Shown: positions 1 to 12,755 of the stretch, piece by piece
How the letters are laid out: every line of letters starts with the position of its first letter
How positions within the stretch are numbered: position 1 is the first letter of the stretch
Source: the human T2T-CHM13v2.0 reference genome, Homo sapiens
Direction: 5' to 3' (one strand)
Assembly (NCBI RefSeq): GCF_009914755.1
Contig: NC_060930.1
Length of the DNA stretch: 64,000 nucleotides
Translations under genes and position numbers: made by a program
Notes under the pieces: model-generated
What the model was told of the DNA's origin: nothing
Databases searched by the model: none
Seen by the model: only the letters and a program-made list of their open reading frames with translations

Positions 1-130
1 TGTAATCCTGGGGAAGGCGTTCAACCTCTCTGTGCCTCAGTTTCTTCACCTATTAAATGTGAGTGATAATCGTGCATCTCCCTCCTAGGGGTGTTGTGAG
101 AATTAAATCATGAGAAGTACATGTTAAGCC
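1..130 (+). mobile_element. MIR SINE fragment
   Basis: MIR core AACCTCTCTGTGCCTCAGTTTCTTCACCTATTAAATG...GTTGTGAGAATTAAAT. Confidence 0.8.
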
Positions 131-1209
131 TCGTCTACGTGTGGACCAGTATTACCATGTGTGTGTTAGATCAATTCAGGGGAGCCTACAGAAAGCAGAG
201 ATTTTGTCCTGATTCCCATTTAACCTGAAGTCCTAAATGAGAATCAGGACAGAAATGTCCTGATTAGGACTCAGGCTAACTGGCAAGTGTAGCAAGGTAC
301 AGCCATGTTAGACAGATGGAGAGGCTGCTTTTTACCTTTCCTGGGGTGACCTTGATATTCGAGTGACACAAACAGGACCCAGAAGTAGCCAAGAACCTAA
401 CTGGAAATCTGTCCTGAGTGGTTCTCTGTGGCATGGCCTCCTGTGCCAAGGACCTGGGGTTCACAGCCATTCCTCAGAGGACTCTTGCCTGTCTGTGGAA
501 GCTGAGTGGTGGGGGCAGGAGCCCGATACAGACCAGATCTTGAATTAGAGCAGCTTCAGGCTTCATCTGGGAACAGTGAAAGAACGGGTGTCAGCACTCC
601 AGGACCAGAGAAGGCAGGGACGGCGTGTTCCTTCCCAGAAGCTGGAGAACCCCGCCCCTACTCCATGCCACCTTAGAGAGAAGCAGGGGAGGGGGAGGCA
701 TCTGCAATATTGAGCGTTGTTACCCAAAGAACAGCCTACATATTTGCTGAAGATGCTGTTTAATTGACAAGATTTGACTATGTTTAATGCAGGTAGAATA
801 ATTAAATTTGATCACCAACCACCCAGTGTGTGCATGGGGGACAGGAGCATGCTGTCTGCTGAGGCAAGTAGGGTGACTAGAAACAAGAACAAATTGCCAC
901 TTTTTCTCTGCACCAGGGTTGTCAGTGGCAGGTAATTTAATGATCCTAGTATGCAGCTAAGCATCAGAACACATGACACATTTGCCTTCTACTTCGGTCC
1001 TTCCCAATGTCTTCCGGGAAAAATGAATGATCTAATGAGTGGCTGTGCACGGAGGCCTAATTCAGGGAGATGAGGTCTCAGTCACACGTTGAGTCTCCTT
1101 TCCAGTGGCCCTTATGGCTGAGGGAGACAGTGTCCCCTGGGCTGCACCAGTTGGAAGAGAAGGCGGAGTTTTCACAGCCCTGGTTAGAAGTGGGAGGGAA
1201 GAGGTCAGG

Positions 1210-1530
1210 TCCTCAAGAGGAAGAGGAAGCAAAAAAAGAAAGAAGGAACTGACAGAACTGAGATAGGGCTGGGCAAGAGGGAGAAAGGAGATGAAAGAAA
1301 AAAAGAAAGAAAAGAAAAGAAGGAAGGAAAAGAAAGAGAGAGAGAGAGAGAGAAGGAAGGAAGGAAGGAAGGAGAAGGAAAGAAGGAAAGAAAAAAGAAA
1401 GAAAGGAAAGAAAGAAAGAGAAAGGAAAGAAGGGAGGGAGGGAAGGAAGGGAGAAGAGAGAGAGGAAGAAAGGAAGGAAGGAAGAAAAAGAAAGAAAGAG
1501 GAAGGGAGGGAGAGAAAAAGAGAGAGAAAG
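1210..1530 (+). repeat. GA-rich polypurine low-complexity tract (GGAA/GAAA/GA units)
   Basis: Almost pyrimidine-free over ~1293-1531. Confidence 0.95.
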
Positions 1531-1934
1531 GACATCAGAGAATGGAGCTGGGGGGAAAAAAAGATTCAAACACAAAGAAATTCAAAACCAAGAGTGTCCC
1601 AAAATTAGAATAAAAAAGAAACTAAAACACAAAGATAAACAATAAGCGAGAATAATGAATAAAGACAAGAGAAGAGGGGAGAGGTGGAGGTATCAAAAGG
1701 AGATGCTAAAATAAACCCCAAAACCAAAGCAACATGAGAAGCCTCAGGCTGAGCTCATCACAGCAGGCATGCCAGCAGGGGCACAGGGGAGGAGACAGCA
1801 AGGGAGGAACCAAGGAGGGACTGGCAAAGGTGAGCACAAGCAGGTGCAGGAAATATGTTGGGGAGGCAACGGGCAAGGGCTGAAGAACAAGTGGGGAAGA
1901 AGACACGGATGAAAGAGAGTGAAGAGGAGTCCTC

Positions 1935-2075
1935 CTGAAATAAGGAACCGAAATAAAGACCAATGAATGAATGAATGCAGTGTTTTCATTCACATAATAA
2001 CCAGAGTCTAGGCAGCTTTCCTCAGTTTAGCAGGATGATTAAAAACATGGGCCCTACACTACTTAGCAAGTTATT
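1935..2075 (+). repeat. Left arm of 141-bp inverted duplication (partner 2984-3124)
   Basis: Manual reverse-complement alignment: about 9 mismatches in 141 nt. Confidence 0.95.
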
Positions 2076-2172
2076 CATGGGTGCACACACTTTTGGGGGT
2101 TAGAACCCACATAGAAAGGTTACCTAGTGCTGAGATGTCCTTTCTCAATTAGCAGTCTGTCCTTGCCATACA

Positions 2173-2295
2173 CTATTCTGATGGTGTATGATGTATTCTG
2201 TATGTATAGGTAAGTATTCTGTATATATATATATGTATTCTGTATGTATATGTAGGTATTCTGATGATGTATGATGTATTCTGATGGTGTATGAA
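2173..2295 (+). repeat. Degenerate ~20-bp minisatellite (TATTCTG...TGTATGATG units)
   Basis: TATTCTG recurs 6 times at ~20-22 nt spacing. Confidence 0.85.
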
Positions 2296-2381
2296 TGTTG
2301 TAAAGCCACACTGGTGTTTTGATTCTTTCATTTCACTGTCGAGTGAAGCCTCTGATGCAGAGGAGCAGGTTAAGAACTGCC

Positions 2382-2650
2382 AGGCTGTGCTGTGACTTTC
2401 CTGGGCCCTGGGCACCTTTGCCTTCACAGACCTCTTATTCCTCCATTTAAAAAAAAAAGTCATAGAGGTGTATTCTACAACAATGTTGGTAAACAGGTGA
2501 ATGTATGAATATTACATATTAAAACATTTTCTTTGACTTACAAGGTTTTTTTTTCTCCTTCAGATTTTAGATGGAATTAAAACATTTTTGTGGGTCTCGA
2601 GAAGTATTGCCAGCACTGCACCTGCCACCCTGATAGGTAAGTCAGCTCTG
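2382..2650 (-). mobile_element. hAT-Tip100 non-autonomous DNA transposon (ORSL-like)
   Basis: GGGCCCTGGGCACCTTTGCCTTC ... AATTAAAACATTTTTGTGGG ... TAAGTCAGCTCTG resemble the recalled ORSL consensus. Confidence 0.55.
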
Positions 2651-2829
2651 GAGAACTTAGAGATACAGAGTAACAACCACTAAAAATATACAAAGAGATT
2701 TGATTAAATATTTATATCAATGTGAGCCAAGGTAGGTACGTTAAAATAGCAATGATTTGGTGTAGTGATCATGGAAATTTCATGATTCAAGACAAAGGTG
2801 GTTTCTTTAGGGTGCTGGCATATACTTAC

Positions 2830-3030
2830 TGAGTTTAGTGCTTACTATAAGCTAGGCTGTTCTGAATAATATATTTAGGCTTTTATTAAGTCCTCATAAG
2901 GTACATTCAAGTATATAAAGTACCTCCAAATGTACTTTTATTATCCTCAATCTACAGATAAGGACAAGAGGCAGAGAGAGTTAAATAACTTGCTAAATAG
3001 TGTAGGGCCCAGGTTTTTAACCATCCTGCT
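2830..3030 (-). mobile_element. MIR fragment
   Basis: TTATTATCCTCAATCTACAGATAAGGA...AGAGTTAAATAACTTGC is the antisense MIR core. Confidence 0.65.
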
Positions 3031-3124
3031 AAACTGAGGAAAGCTGCCTAGACTCGGTTTATTATGTGAATGAAAACACTATATTCATTCATTCATTGGT
3101 CATTATTTCTGTTCCTTATTTCAG
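2984..3124 (-). repeat. Right arm of 141-bp inverted duplication (partner 1935-2075)
   Basis: Direct alignment to the reverse complement of 1935-2075. Confidence 0.95.
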
Positions 3125-3131
3125 TTATTAA

Positions 3132-3810
<679 letters not shown>

Positions 3811-4620
3811 GCACAGGACATAAACCGAGCCATCAAGAAGCTTCCAATGTGAAAAGAGAATAAACCCATAGAGACAAGCAATGAAGTGCTGCCATGAGAC
3901 AGATGTGTGGAGCATTTGAACAATGGGAAAGTGCTGCTAGGAGAGAGGTGGTGTTCAATTCAATGAAAGCAATGTAGGATGAGATCTGTAAGGAAGACTA
4001 GATAAGCCAAGAGGCATGCAGAGGATCTTATCCATTTTAGAGCCCTGGGGGCTATTTACTGGAGTAGCTGAAGATAGCACCGTGGACACAGGCTGAAAAG
4101 GAAGGAATTGCTATGAGCTCCATGTGAGGCATCATAGATGAGACCTATGGAGCTATCCAAGATCATATCCTGACACAGTGGTCAAAATAAAGAAGCAAGT
4201 GTGAGCAGTGGTGAGGTGATGGCTCATTTAAAGAAAAGCCATGCCCTGCAGACTGGTCCCAAGCTGGAGACCCCTTTCCCTAATTGTCTGAAGAATCCCT
4301 TTGGCAGGCTGTGTAATACGCATGACTCCAATCTCTTGAAGTCTCTAGATGGAGGCCACATCCCATTGCCTTTACAAAACATCCTCTTTATCCATGGATG
4401 TTGATACTTGAGAACTTAACAGAAAGAACTTCATTCCTTCTGTGAAGATCAGTGAAGCTCATATTATTATCTGACTACAGAACTGCTCAATGTTCATCCC
4501 AAAAAAGTAAGACTCCCTTAAATATCTGCATAAGATTCATTTTCTGTGTTTTATTTTCCTAATTTTCTTCAAAGAAGATGTGTTACTTTTGTTAATAAAA
4601 TATTAAAAATGTAAACCATG

Positions 4621-4975
4621 GAATCAGGGAAGGAAAATGGCAGATAGGAGGCAGGACTAAATTACAGCTGACACTCAGAGGGACAGAGCAGCATGTGGAG
4701 ACTCACGTTGTGAATTTTTGCTCCAGAACTACTACTGCAGGATTATACCAGGAAAGCCAAGAGAATCCACAGACCCTCTGAAGGAAGTGGATAGCTCCTG
4801 CAGGACCCAGGAGACAGCCCAAATACTACACAGCAAGAAGGTGCAATCTATGAACCAGAAAGTGGGCCCTCACCAGACACTGAATCAGCTGTTTGTGTCT
4901 AGTGTCTTGACCTTGGACTTCCCAGCCACCAGAACTGCCAGAAATAAATTTCTATTTTTTATTAGTTAAAAAAAA
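4621..4975 (+). mobile_element. Retroposed chimera: L1PB-type 5'UTR start (4621-4827) + MLT1A-type LTR 3' part (4828-4967) + A-tail, flanked by TSDs
   Basis: AAAATGGCAGATAGGAGGCAGGACT L1 5' start; 3' part aligns with the reverse complement of the MLT1A copy at 32395-32775; AATAAA 4943-4948; A8 4968-4975; TSD AAAAATGTAAACCATG (4605-4620) / AAAAAAGTAAGCCATG (4970-4985). Confidence 0.8.
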
Positions 4976-5062
4976 GTAAGCCATGTAGATTATTCATTAA
5001 CATATGAAGCAAAATGGAATCATAAAAATGAAACATTCATTACAATTTTTTGGAAACTGCTA

Positions 5063-5238
5063 TTTGTTTTGTTTTGTTTTTGAGACTAAGCCTCGCTGTG
5101 TTGCTCAGGCTGGAGTGCACTGGCTGTTCACAGATGTGACCATGGCACGCTGCATCTCAAACTCCTGGCCTCAAGTGATCCTCCTGCCTCAGTCTCCTGA
5201 AGAGTTGGGACTACAGGGGTGTACCACCACACCCAGCC
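5063..5238 (-). mobile_element. Alu monomer (FAM-like)
   Basis: Monomer with 7SL-like GGCTGTTCACAG insert. Confidence 0.8.
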
Positions 5239-5710
5239 TTGTTTGTTTTTGAAGATAAGATCCATATCTGAATTTTTTAAATCAGTGACTGAGCAACATA
5301 AAACATGAGGATTTCCCAGATTGCCCTTCTTTTGTTGAAAATATTAAAAAGTGATCTTAAATTTATGGATACATATAAAATACTAAGATTTCTCCATTTG
5401 GTTTATGTACTTCATAATAGCTTGTGACATGCTCAAAATAACATGCTTTTTTTCAATTATTTCTTTTGCTCTTTTAAAAATCACATTTTATTGAATTTAT
5501 TCATTCATTCATTTTGAACACCTAACATATACTAACAAATGTGCCAAGTCCAGAAGATTCAAGGCTGAATCAGAGGACATCCTTGACTTTAAAAAGCTGA
5601 CAGACTAGAAGAGCCAAGCCTACATGAAAATAAATAAATGCAATACGGACCAAAAGCACAATTATCGAAATATGTGCAGGGTAGAGGTGCTGAGCAGTGG
5701 GAAGATACAG

Positions 5711-5952
5711 AATAACTAATGCCTGTTAGCTGCTTCTGTATGTATGCCAGGTAGTGTTCTAAGTGCTTTACTTACATATATTAGCTCATCGCCAACCTGT
5801 GATCGTTTCCATTATCATATTGTTACACTCATTTTATAGATGAGGGACTGAGACAAAGAGTGGTTGCCTAGCTTGCCCAAAGTCACTCAGCTATACTGAG
5901 TGGCAGAACCAGGATTTAAATAATATGAACTCTGTGCTCTCAACCTCTACAC
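5711..5952 (-). mobile_element. MIR (near full length)
   Basis: ATTTTATAGATGAGGGACTGAGAC...CTTGCCCAAAGTCACTCAGCT...GGCAGAACCAGGATTT. Confidence 0.85.
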
Positions 5953-6221
5953 ATTTGCTGTCCAGACTGTCCAGCAGACTGTCTAGGAAGAAATGCAAAG
6001 CACTTTAAGCAGAGAGGGCAGCTTGGGCAAGGGCACTAGTGCAGGAAAGACACAAGCACCTTGTGGAGTCAAGCAGATAGGATACCAGAAGGCTGAGGAA
6101 TATGCCACATCATAGGGAGGCTTGGATCAGTTTTGGTAGACAATGAGAGGACATTGAAGGATTTTAGTCAGAGGAGTGATGGGGCAGATCTGTTTCTTAA
6201 AAAGATTATTTTGACTGTGTT

Positions 6222-6335
6222 AGGGAGGATGTGCTGCAGAGGATCTGGATGCAGGTGGGGAAGGGAGGATGTGTTGCAGGAGGATGTGTTGCAGAGGGAG
6301 GATGTGCTGCAGAGGGTCTGGATGCAGGTGGGGGA
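6222..6335 (+). repeat. Local tandem repeat (GGAGGATGTG[C/T]TGCAG units) within L2 debris
   Basis: Four copies of GGAGGATGTGYTGCAG, two followed by TCTGGATGCAGGTGGGG. Confidence 0.85.
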
Positions 6336-7135
6336 ACCCCCTTTAGAGACGACTTCTCCCAGGTAAGAAAAGGCTGTAGCAGTGGAGTTGGAGAGAGAAG
6401 AATGGACCAGAGCTATTTTAAGGAAGACTAGGCCAGTGCTGGTTTTGATTAGTGGATGTCAAACTTAGTGGTCGTTTGGTATTTTTACACGAAACCTTCA
6501 ACAGAATCAACAGTGTGCTTCATGAAGGCAGAGCCCAGATTTGTTTTTCTCGCCGTTGTACTCCCAAGACTTGGTAATGTGCTCAGGAAATGCTTATTGA
6601 TTGAATGAGTTAATGAATAAGTGAATAAACCAAGAAGTAAATAAAAAAAAGAATGAATCAAAGAAATGACTCAGTATTGGATTAGACCAAGTGCATAAGA
6701 GAAGAAGTTAATGGACTCTCAAATGACTTGCCGAAAAGATTAAGTCAATTTCTCTTTTCTTATGCAATACATTTTGTGTCCAGGCCTTTCTTATGAGTAT
6801 TGTGTGTGGAACATAAAGCAACCAACTTAGCTCCACGATTTAGCTATTGGGAGACCCATGAAAGAGCCTACCCAGCCCTGCCTGCCTCTGGGGGGTCTCG
6901 GTCATGTCATGTGACTACATCGCTTGGCTCTGTTTCCAAGTTCCCCACCTCTAACCTCTCTGGAGCTCACATTCATCTTTCAAAAACATCACTTCTGTTA
7001 TATCACCCATCACTCACTCCCTTCACTACACATCTCTTTGCCCTGCTTTAGTTTTCATCTGAGCACTTACTGTTTCCTGACATTATGTCATTCATTCATT
7101 CATTCATTTATTCATTTTATTTGGTTCTATCTCTC

Positions 7136-7941
<806 letters not shown>

Positions 7942-8159
7942 ATCTGCCTCTTATAGAATTTAAGTCTCTTGAGAGCAAAACTTTATCTACTTTGCTCTCT
8001 ACAGTACAGCCATTGATTAGAAGAGGGCCAGTATATTGTAAGCATGCAGTAAATATGTTTTGAATAAATCAGCAAATCTTGTCCTTCTTTTTCACAATCC
8101 ATCTCATACCAAGGCAGAATAATTTTCCTTCATATCAGCATGGATCATAATATACTCTT

Positions 8160-8535
8160 TGATATGGTTTGGCTGTATTCCCACCCAAATCTTATCTTGA
8201 ATTGTAGTTCCCATAATCCCCATATGTCATGGGAGAGAGCCGGTGGGAGGTAATGAATCATGAGAGAGGTTACCCTCATGCTGCTGTTCTCATAATAGTG
8301 AGTGAGTTCTTACAAGATCTGACGATTTTATAAGGGGCTTCCCACCTTTTGCTCTGCACTTCTCTTTCCTGCTGCCATGTGAAGAAGTACGTGTTTGCTT
8401 CCCCTTCTGCCATGATTGTAAGTTTCCTGAGGCCTCCCCAGCACTGTGGAACTGTGAGTCAAATAAACCTCTTTCCTTTATAAATTACCCAGCTTGGGTA
8501 TGTCTTTATTAGAATCATAAGAATGGAGTAATACA
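8160..8535 (+). mobile_element. THE1B-like solo LTR
   Basis: TGATATGGTTTGGCTG...AATACA termini; 5-bp TSD CTCTT at 8155-8159 and 8536-8540. Confidence 0.92.
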
Positions 8536-9552
8536 CTCTTGCTCAGAGAACATGAATCGAGCACTTCTAGGTGAGATGGCAGCTTGGCCCCAGCCACTTT
8601 GTTCTTTCCTAGCAAACTCCAGTGGAAGTAACAGCAGATCTTGCAAATAGAGAAACATCTGCCTCAGTTCTGAAGCAAGCAAGTGACCATCCTCATGCCA
8701 CAAAATAGAAGAACTTCTGCTAGATCCAGAACTGTCACCCCTGGGTCGCATGGAGGCCTTGAGGGTTGGGATTCAATCCTCATTCCTGAGAAGGTGAGAA
8801 GCATAGCAAGGAGGTCAGGGGATCTGAGGGGCTTCAGTGATGCCCCTTACTTGAGCTCTCTCTGATCTCTCTTAACCAGGAGCTCTAGAACCCCATTGTG
8901 AATGTGGACATTGTTATGGATGCAAATGTCCACCTGTGCAGAGAATTAGGCAAGACAGAGAGAGGTGTTTTTCTGGGAAGACTGTCTGAGCGAGCAACCA
9001 CAAAGTTTCTGGTCATGGTTCCTGCCCTGCCTCCCTCTCTACTTTGGAGCTCCTGTAACTCCAAGTGGATAATATACGGTTTTGTTTTTGTCATTGTTAT
9101 TGTTGATGTTGCTTGTCTTTACTTTGTAAAATATGAACCTTTCATCATATGAGTGATTTTGGCAAAATGCACCTCAGACATTCAAATACTTCCTATTTAT
9201 TAAGCGCCTCCCACTGTGCAATCCATATGCTAGGCACTGCAGATGATGTCTTAGTCTTTATAACAACCTTGCAGGTTGGATAGCATTGTTCCCTTTTCAG
9301 AAATGTGGGAACATGCCCAAGGTTCAGGGTATTCTAAGTGGGAGAATTCAGATCCAGCTCACTCAGAGGTCTCTGCTGGCCCAGGTCTGTCCATTGTCTT
9401 CTAGTGTAAATGAAGGCAGCTGCTCTGAAGGCAGGAGGACCAGGCTTAATCTGAAACCTGTGATCATTGAAACAAGCATGGCCTGCTCTGCACAGGGTTC
9501 AAATGAATAGGTCTCTATTTTCTCCTTTCTACATAATCACTCAAATAAGATA

Positions 9553-9835
9553 GGGACTAGAGTCAGGCAAGTGAGACTCTCATCCCAGGAAGAAAACAGA
9601 AGGGAGCACAAAAAAACTCAGTAATCAAGATAAATAATAACTTTAATACAATACAGTGTTTTAAAAAATCAAGTCCTCAAACTATAGCTGTCTGCCTAGC
9701 TATTTTTAAACATAAAGCTTTACCAAGGCTGGGATGAGGCTTGAGCAAATGAGGCCAGTTGTACAAGTTCAGTGTCAGATCCTATTTAAAGTTTTGATAT
9801 TTTGTTCATCATGTTTATTTTTTTCATTAATTCTA
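9553..9835. mobile_element. MER96-like hAT transposon fragments
   Basis: AAAAAACTCAGTAATCAAGATAAATAATA and TTTTGATATTTTGTTCATCATG match recalled MER96B. Confidence 0.55.
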
Positions 9836-9984
9836 TCTGAAGCACCCACCCACCTTCTCAGCAGATATCTCCCTCTGGGGCTACCCTTTCCACATGAGTT
9901 ATAGGGACCTGTGATGTGCAAAAGGAAGTTACACAACTTCTCTTCATGATTTCTGTCTTTTGGGCACAAAATTCTGACTTTTGA

Positions 9985-10478
9985 AGAATACAGTTGCATA
10001 ATCACCACCACAATCAAGATATACAACAGTTCCATTATCCTAAATAGTCATCCCATCCTCCACTCCCAATAACTGGCAACTACCGGTCTGTTTTTCTGTC
10101 CCTATAGTTTTGCCTTTTCCAGAATGTCATTTACATGGAACAATATAGTATGAAGCCTCTTGAGCCTGGCTCCTTTCATTTAGTATAAGTATCTGAGAGT
10201 CTTCCATGTTGTGTGTAGCAGTAGTTCCTATCTTTGTATTGCTGGCTAGTATTCCATTGTTGGATGTACTTATTTGGGTTGTTTTCAGCTTGGGGAGGCT
10301 ATGAATAAACCACTGTAAACACTTGCTTTCAGAGTTTTACATGCATATAAGTTTTCATTTACTTTGGGTAAATACCTATGAGTGGGTTTATTGGATCATT
10401 TGATATGTCTACTTTTCACTTTCTAAGAAACTGCCAGACTAGTTTCCAAAGGGGCCCTTTTGCATTCCCACCAGCAAT
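9985..10478 (-). mobile_element. L1MB/ME 3' fragment
   Basis: TTGGGTAAATACCTATGAGTGGG, AAACTGCCAGACT, CATTCCCACCAGCAAT. Confidence 0.8.
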
Positions 10479-10681
10479 TGACTTTAGTTTTTGAGGGTGG
10501 GACTAAGGAGGACCCAATCCCCAGGTGTGTTGACATCCCTACCTCCCAACTGTGAATGGGGTCAAGACCTCTGGCATCTTAGTGACGGGCACCTTAGCAC
10601 TCCCCAGCAATCTCTGAGGAGTGAGGACATGGAAGGAGGGATTTCTGGGTTGTCTTGGAGATCTACTCAAAGGACGTTGTG

Positions 10682-11256
10682 AAACCTAGGTGTTCAACAA
10701 CAAATAAATAGATAAAGAAAATGCGGTGTATATATACCATGGAATACTATTCAGCCATAAAAATGAAATCCTGTCATTCGAGGCAACATGGATGGAACTG
10801 GAGTCCCTTATGTTAAGTGAAATAAAGCCAGGCACAGAGAGTTAAACACCGCATGTTCTCACTCATATATGGAAGCTAAAAAAAGTTTATCTCACAGAAG
10901 TGAAAAGTAGAGCAGAAGATACTAGAGGCTGGGAAGAGTAGAGGGAAGGAAGGAATAGGAACAGATTTGTTAAAGGGTACAAAATTATAGCTAGACAGAA
11001 GAAATAAGTTCTAGTGTCCTATACCATTATAGGATGACTATAGTTAACAATAACATATTATATAGTTTCAAATGGCTAGAAGGAGGATATTGAATGTTCC
11101 CAACACAAAGAAATGATAAATGTTTGGGATAAGGGATATGCTAATTACCCTGATGTGATCATATACATTATATGTATTGAAACATCGCTATGTACCCCAC
11201 GAATATGCACAATTATTGTGTGTCAATTAAAAATAAAAGTATAAAAGAAAAAAAAA
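10682..11256 (+). mobile_element. L1MA 3' end with A-tail
   Basis: GGAATACTATTCAGCCATAAAAATGAAATCCTGTCATT...GCAACATGGATGGAACTGGAG; ends AATAAAAGTATAAAAGAAAAAAAAA. Confidence 0.9.
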
Positions 11257-11679
11257 CCCATGGCTGAGTGTAGCAGGGATGGAAGGAGTCCCTAGTGAAT
11301 CACTTGCCTTCAATGAGAGAGTTAGAGTCACAGAAGCAGCAATTGCTGAGGCTAACACTCAAGATAGTCCCCTCCTGTCTTCCTACACTCATAAGCCCAA
11401 AAGTTCTTGTTTGGTTCAAGACAAGGAAGGCATCCTGGAAAATGTCTTTTAGGCAATGTTTGTAGAAGGAGCTGAGCTAGGTGTGATTTATAGAAACAAA
11501 GAAATAGAATGTGTATCCTGAATGTCTTAGAGCAGTGCTCCTACTACATGCCATTCATTACACCCAGTGCTTTATATACACGAATTTCAATCCTGAAAAC
11601 ACCACCACAAATTAAACGTATGCATTACTTAGGGATCAAATTGAGGTATCAAAATTGAAGCAAAAGACAGTGATGCTGA

Positions 11680-12070
11680 TCACATTTCTTCTGTGCCTAA
11701 ATCTTTTTACAGGCCTCTGTTTCACATTCCAGCACGTCCCCGCTCTCCTCCAAGCCTCCAGCCATACTCACCTCCCTCCTCTTCGCTTCCATTTTCCTGC
11801 CTTGGGCCCGCATGCATGGTATTTTCCCTGCCTGGGATGCCTTCCCTGCCTCTTCCTCTTTTTTATCCCTACTCACTTGTATAAGCCACTTCTTGTGTCC
11901 TGAAACTTTTCCTGACTCACCCCAAAAGGGTCAATTATTCCCTCCTTTATCTCTCCACTGTAGTTTGTACACCCCTGTCTCCTATGCTGCTAGTCCAAGA
12001 TTAGAGAGATTCCTATTCACTTCTGTGTGCCCAGCACAGAGCCTGAGCCTGTTAGGACATAGTAGCTGTT
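11680..12070 (+). mobile_element. L2 3' fragment
   Basis: CCTGCCTGGGATGCCTTCCC...CCCAGCACAGAGCCTG...ACATAGTAG. Confidence 0.6.
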
Positions 12071-12074
12071 TTAA

Positions 12075-12755
12075 TTTATTTATGTTTTATTGTATTTTTA
12101 ATTGACAAGTAATAATTGCATATATTTATAGCATACATGAAGTTTCAAGGCATGTATAGATTGTGGAATGATCAAATCAAGACAATTAGCCTATCTATTA
12201 CTGCAAATATTTATCTTTTTTTGAGATGGGGTCTCACTGTGTTGCCCAGGCTGGAGTATAGTGGCTCAATCATGGCTTACTGCAGCCTCAACCTCCCTGG
12301 GCTCAGGTGATCCTCCCACCTCAGACACCAGAGTCTCTGGGAGTACAGGTGCACATCACCACACCTGGCTAATTTTTGTAGTTTTTTTGTAGTGATGGGG
12401 TTTTGCCATATTGCCCAGGCTGGTCTTGAACTCGTGGGCTTAAGCAATCTGCCTGTCTCAACCTCCCAAAACTAGGATTACGGGCGTGAGCCACTGCATC
12501 TGGCCCAAATATTTATCATTTCTTTGTTGTGAGAACACCTAAAATGCTCTCTTTTCATTATTCCACAAAATGTATATATTCCAAAATATGTATAGTCACC
12601 ATGCTGTTGCGATACAGCACCAGACCTATTCCTCCTCCCGTCTGACTGACTGAAACCCTGGACCTGTTGAGTAACATCTCCTCTTTCTCCATCCACCCCA
12701 TCGCACCCCAGTCTCTGATAACCACCATCCTACACTCCACTTCTATGAGTTTGTT
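12075..12755 (-). mobile_element. L1MA 3' fragment interrupted by AluJ (12216-12505)
   Basis: Antisense L1 3'UTR on both sides of the Alu; Alu TSD CAAATATTTATC. Confidence 0.85.

Noticed and set aside
1062-1608. Hydrophobic F/L/S and charged K/E/R ORFs
   Set aside because: Translations of the GA-rich simple repeat
6222-6335. Repeat-spacer-like arrays here and at 2173-2295 as CRISPR-like
   Set aside because: Eukaryotic context, degenerate contiguous units, no unique spacers or cas genes
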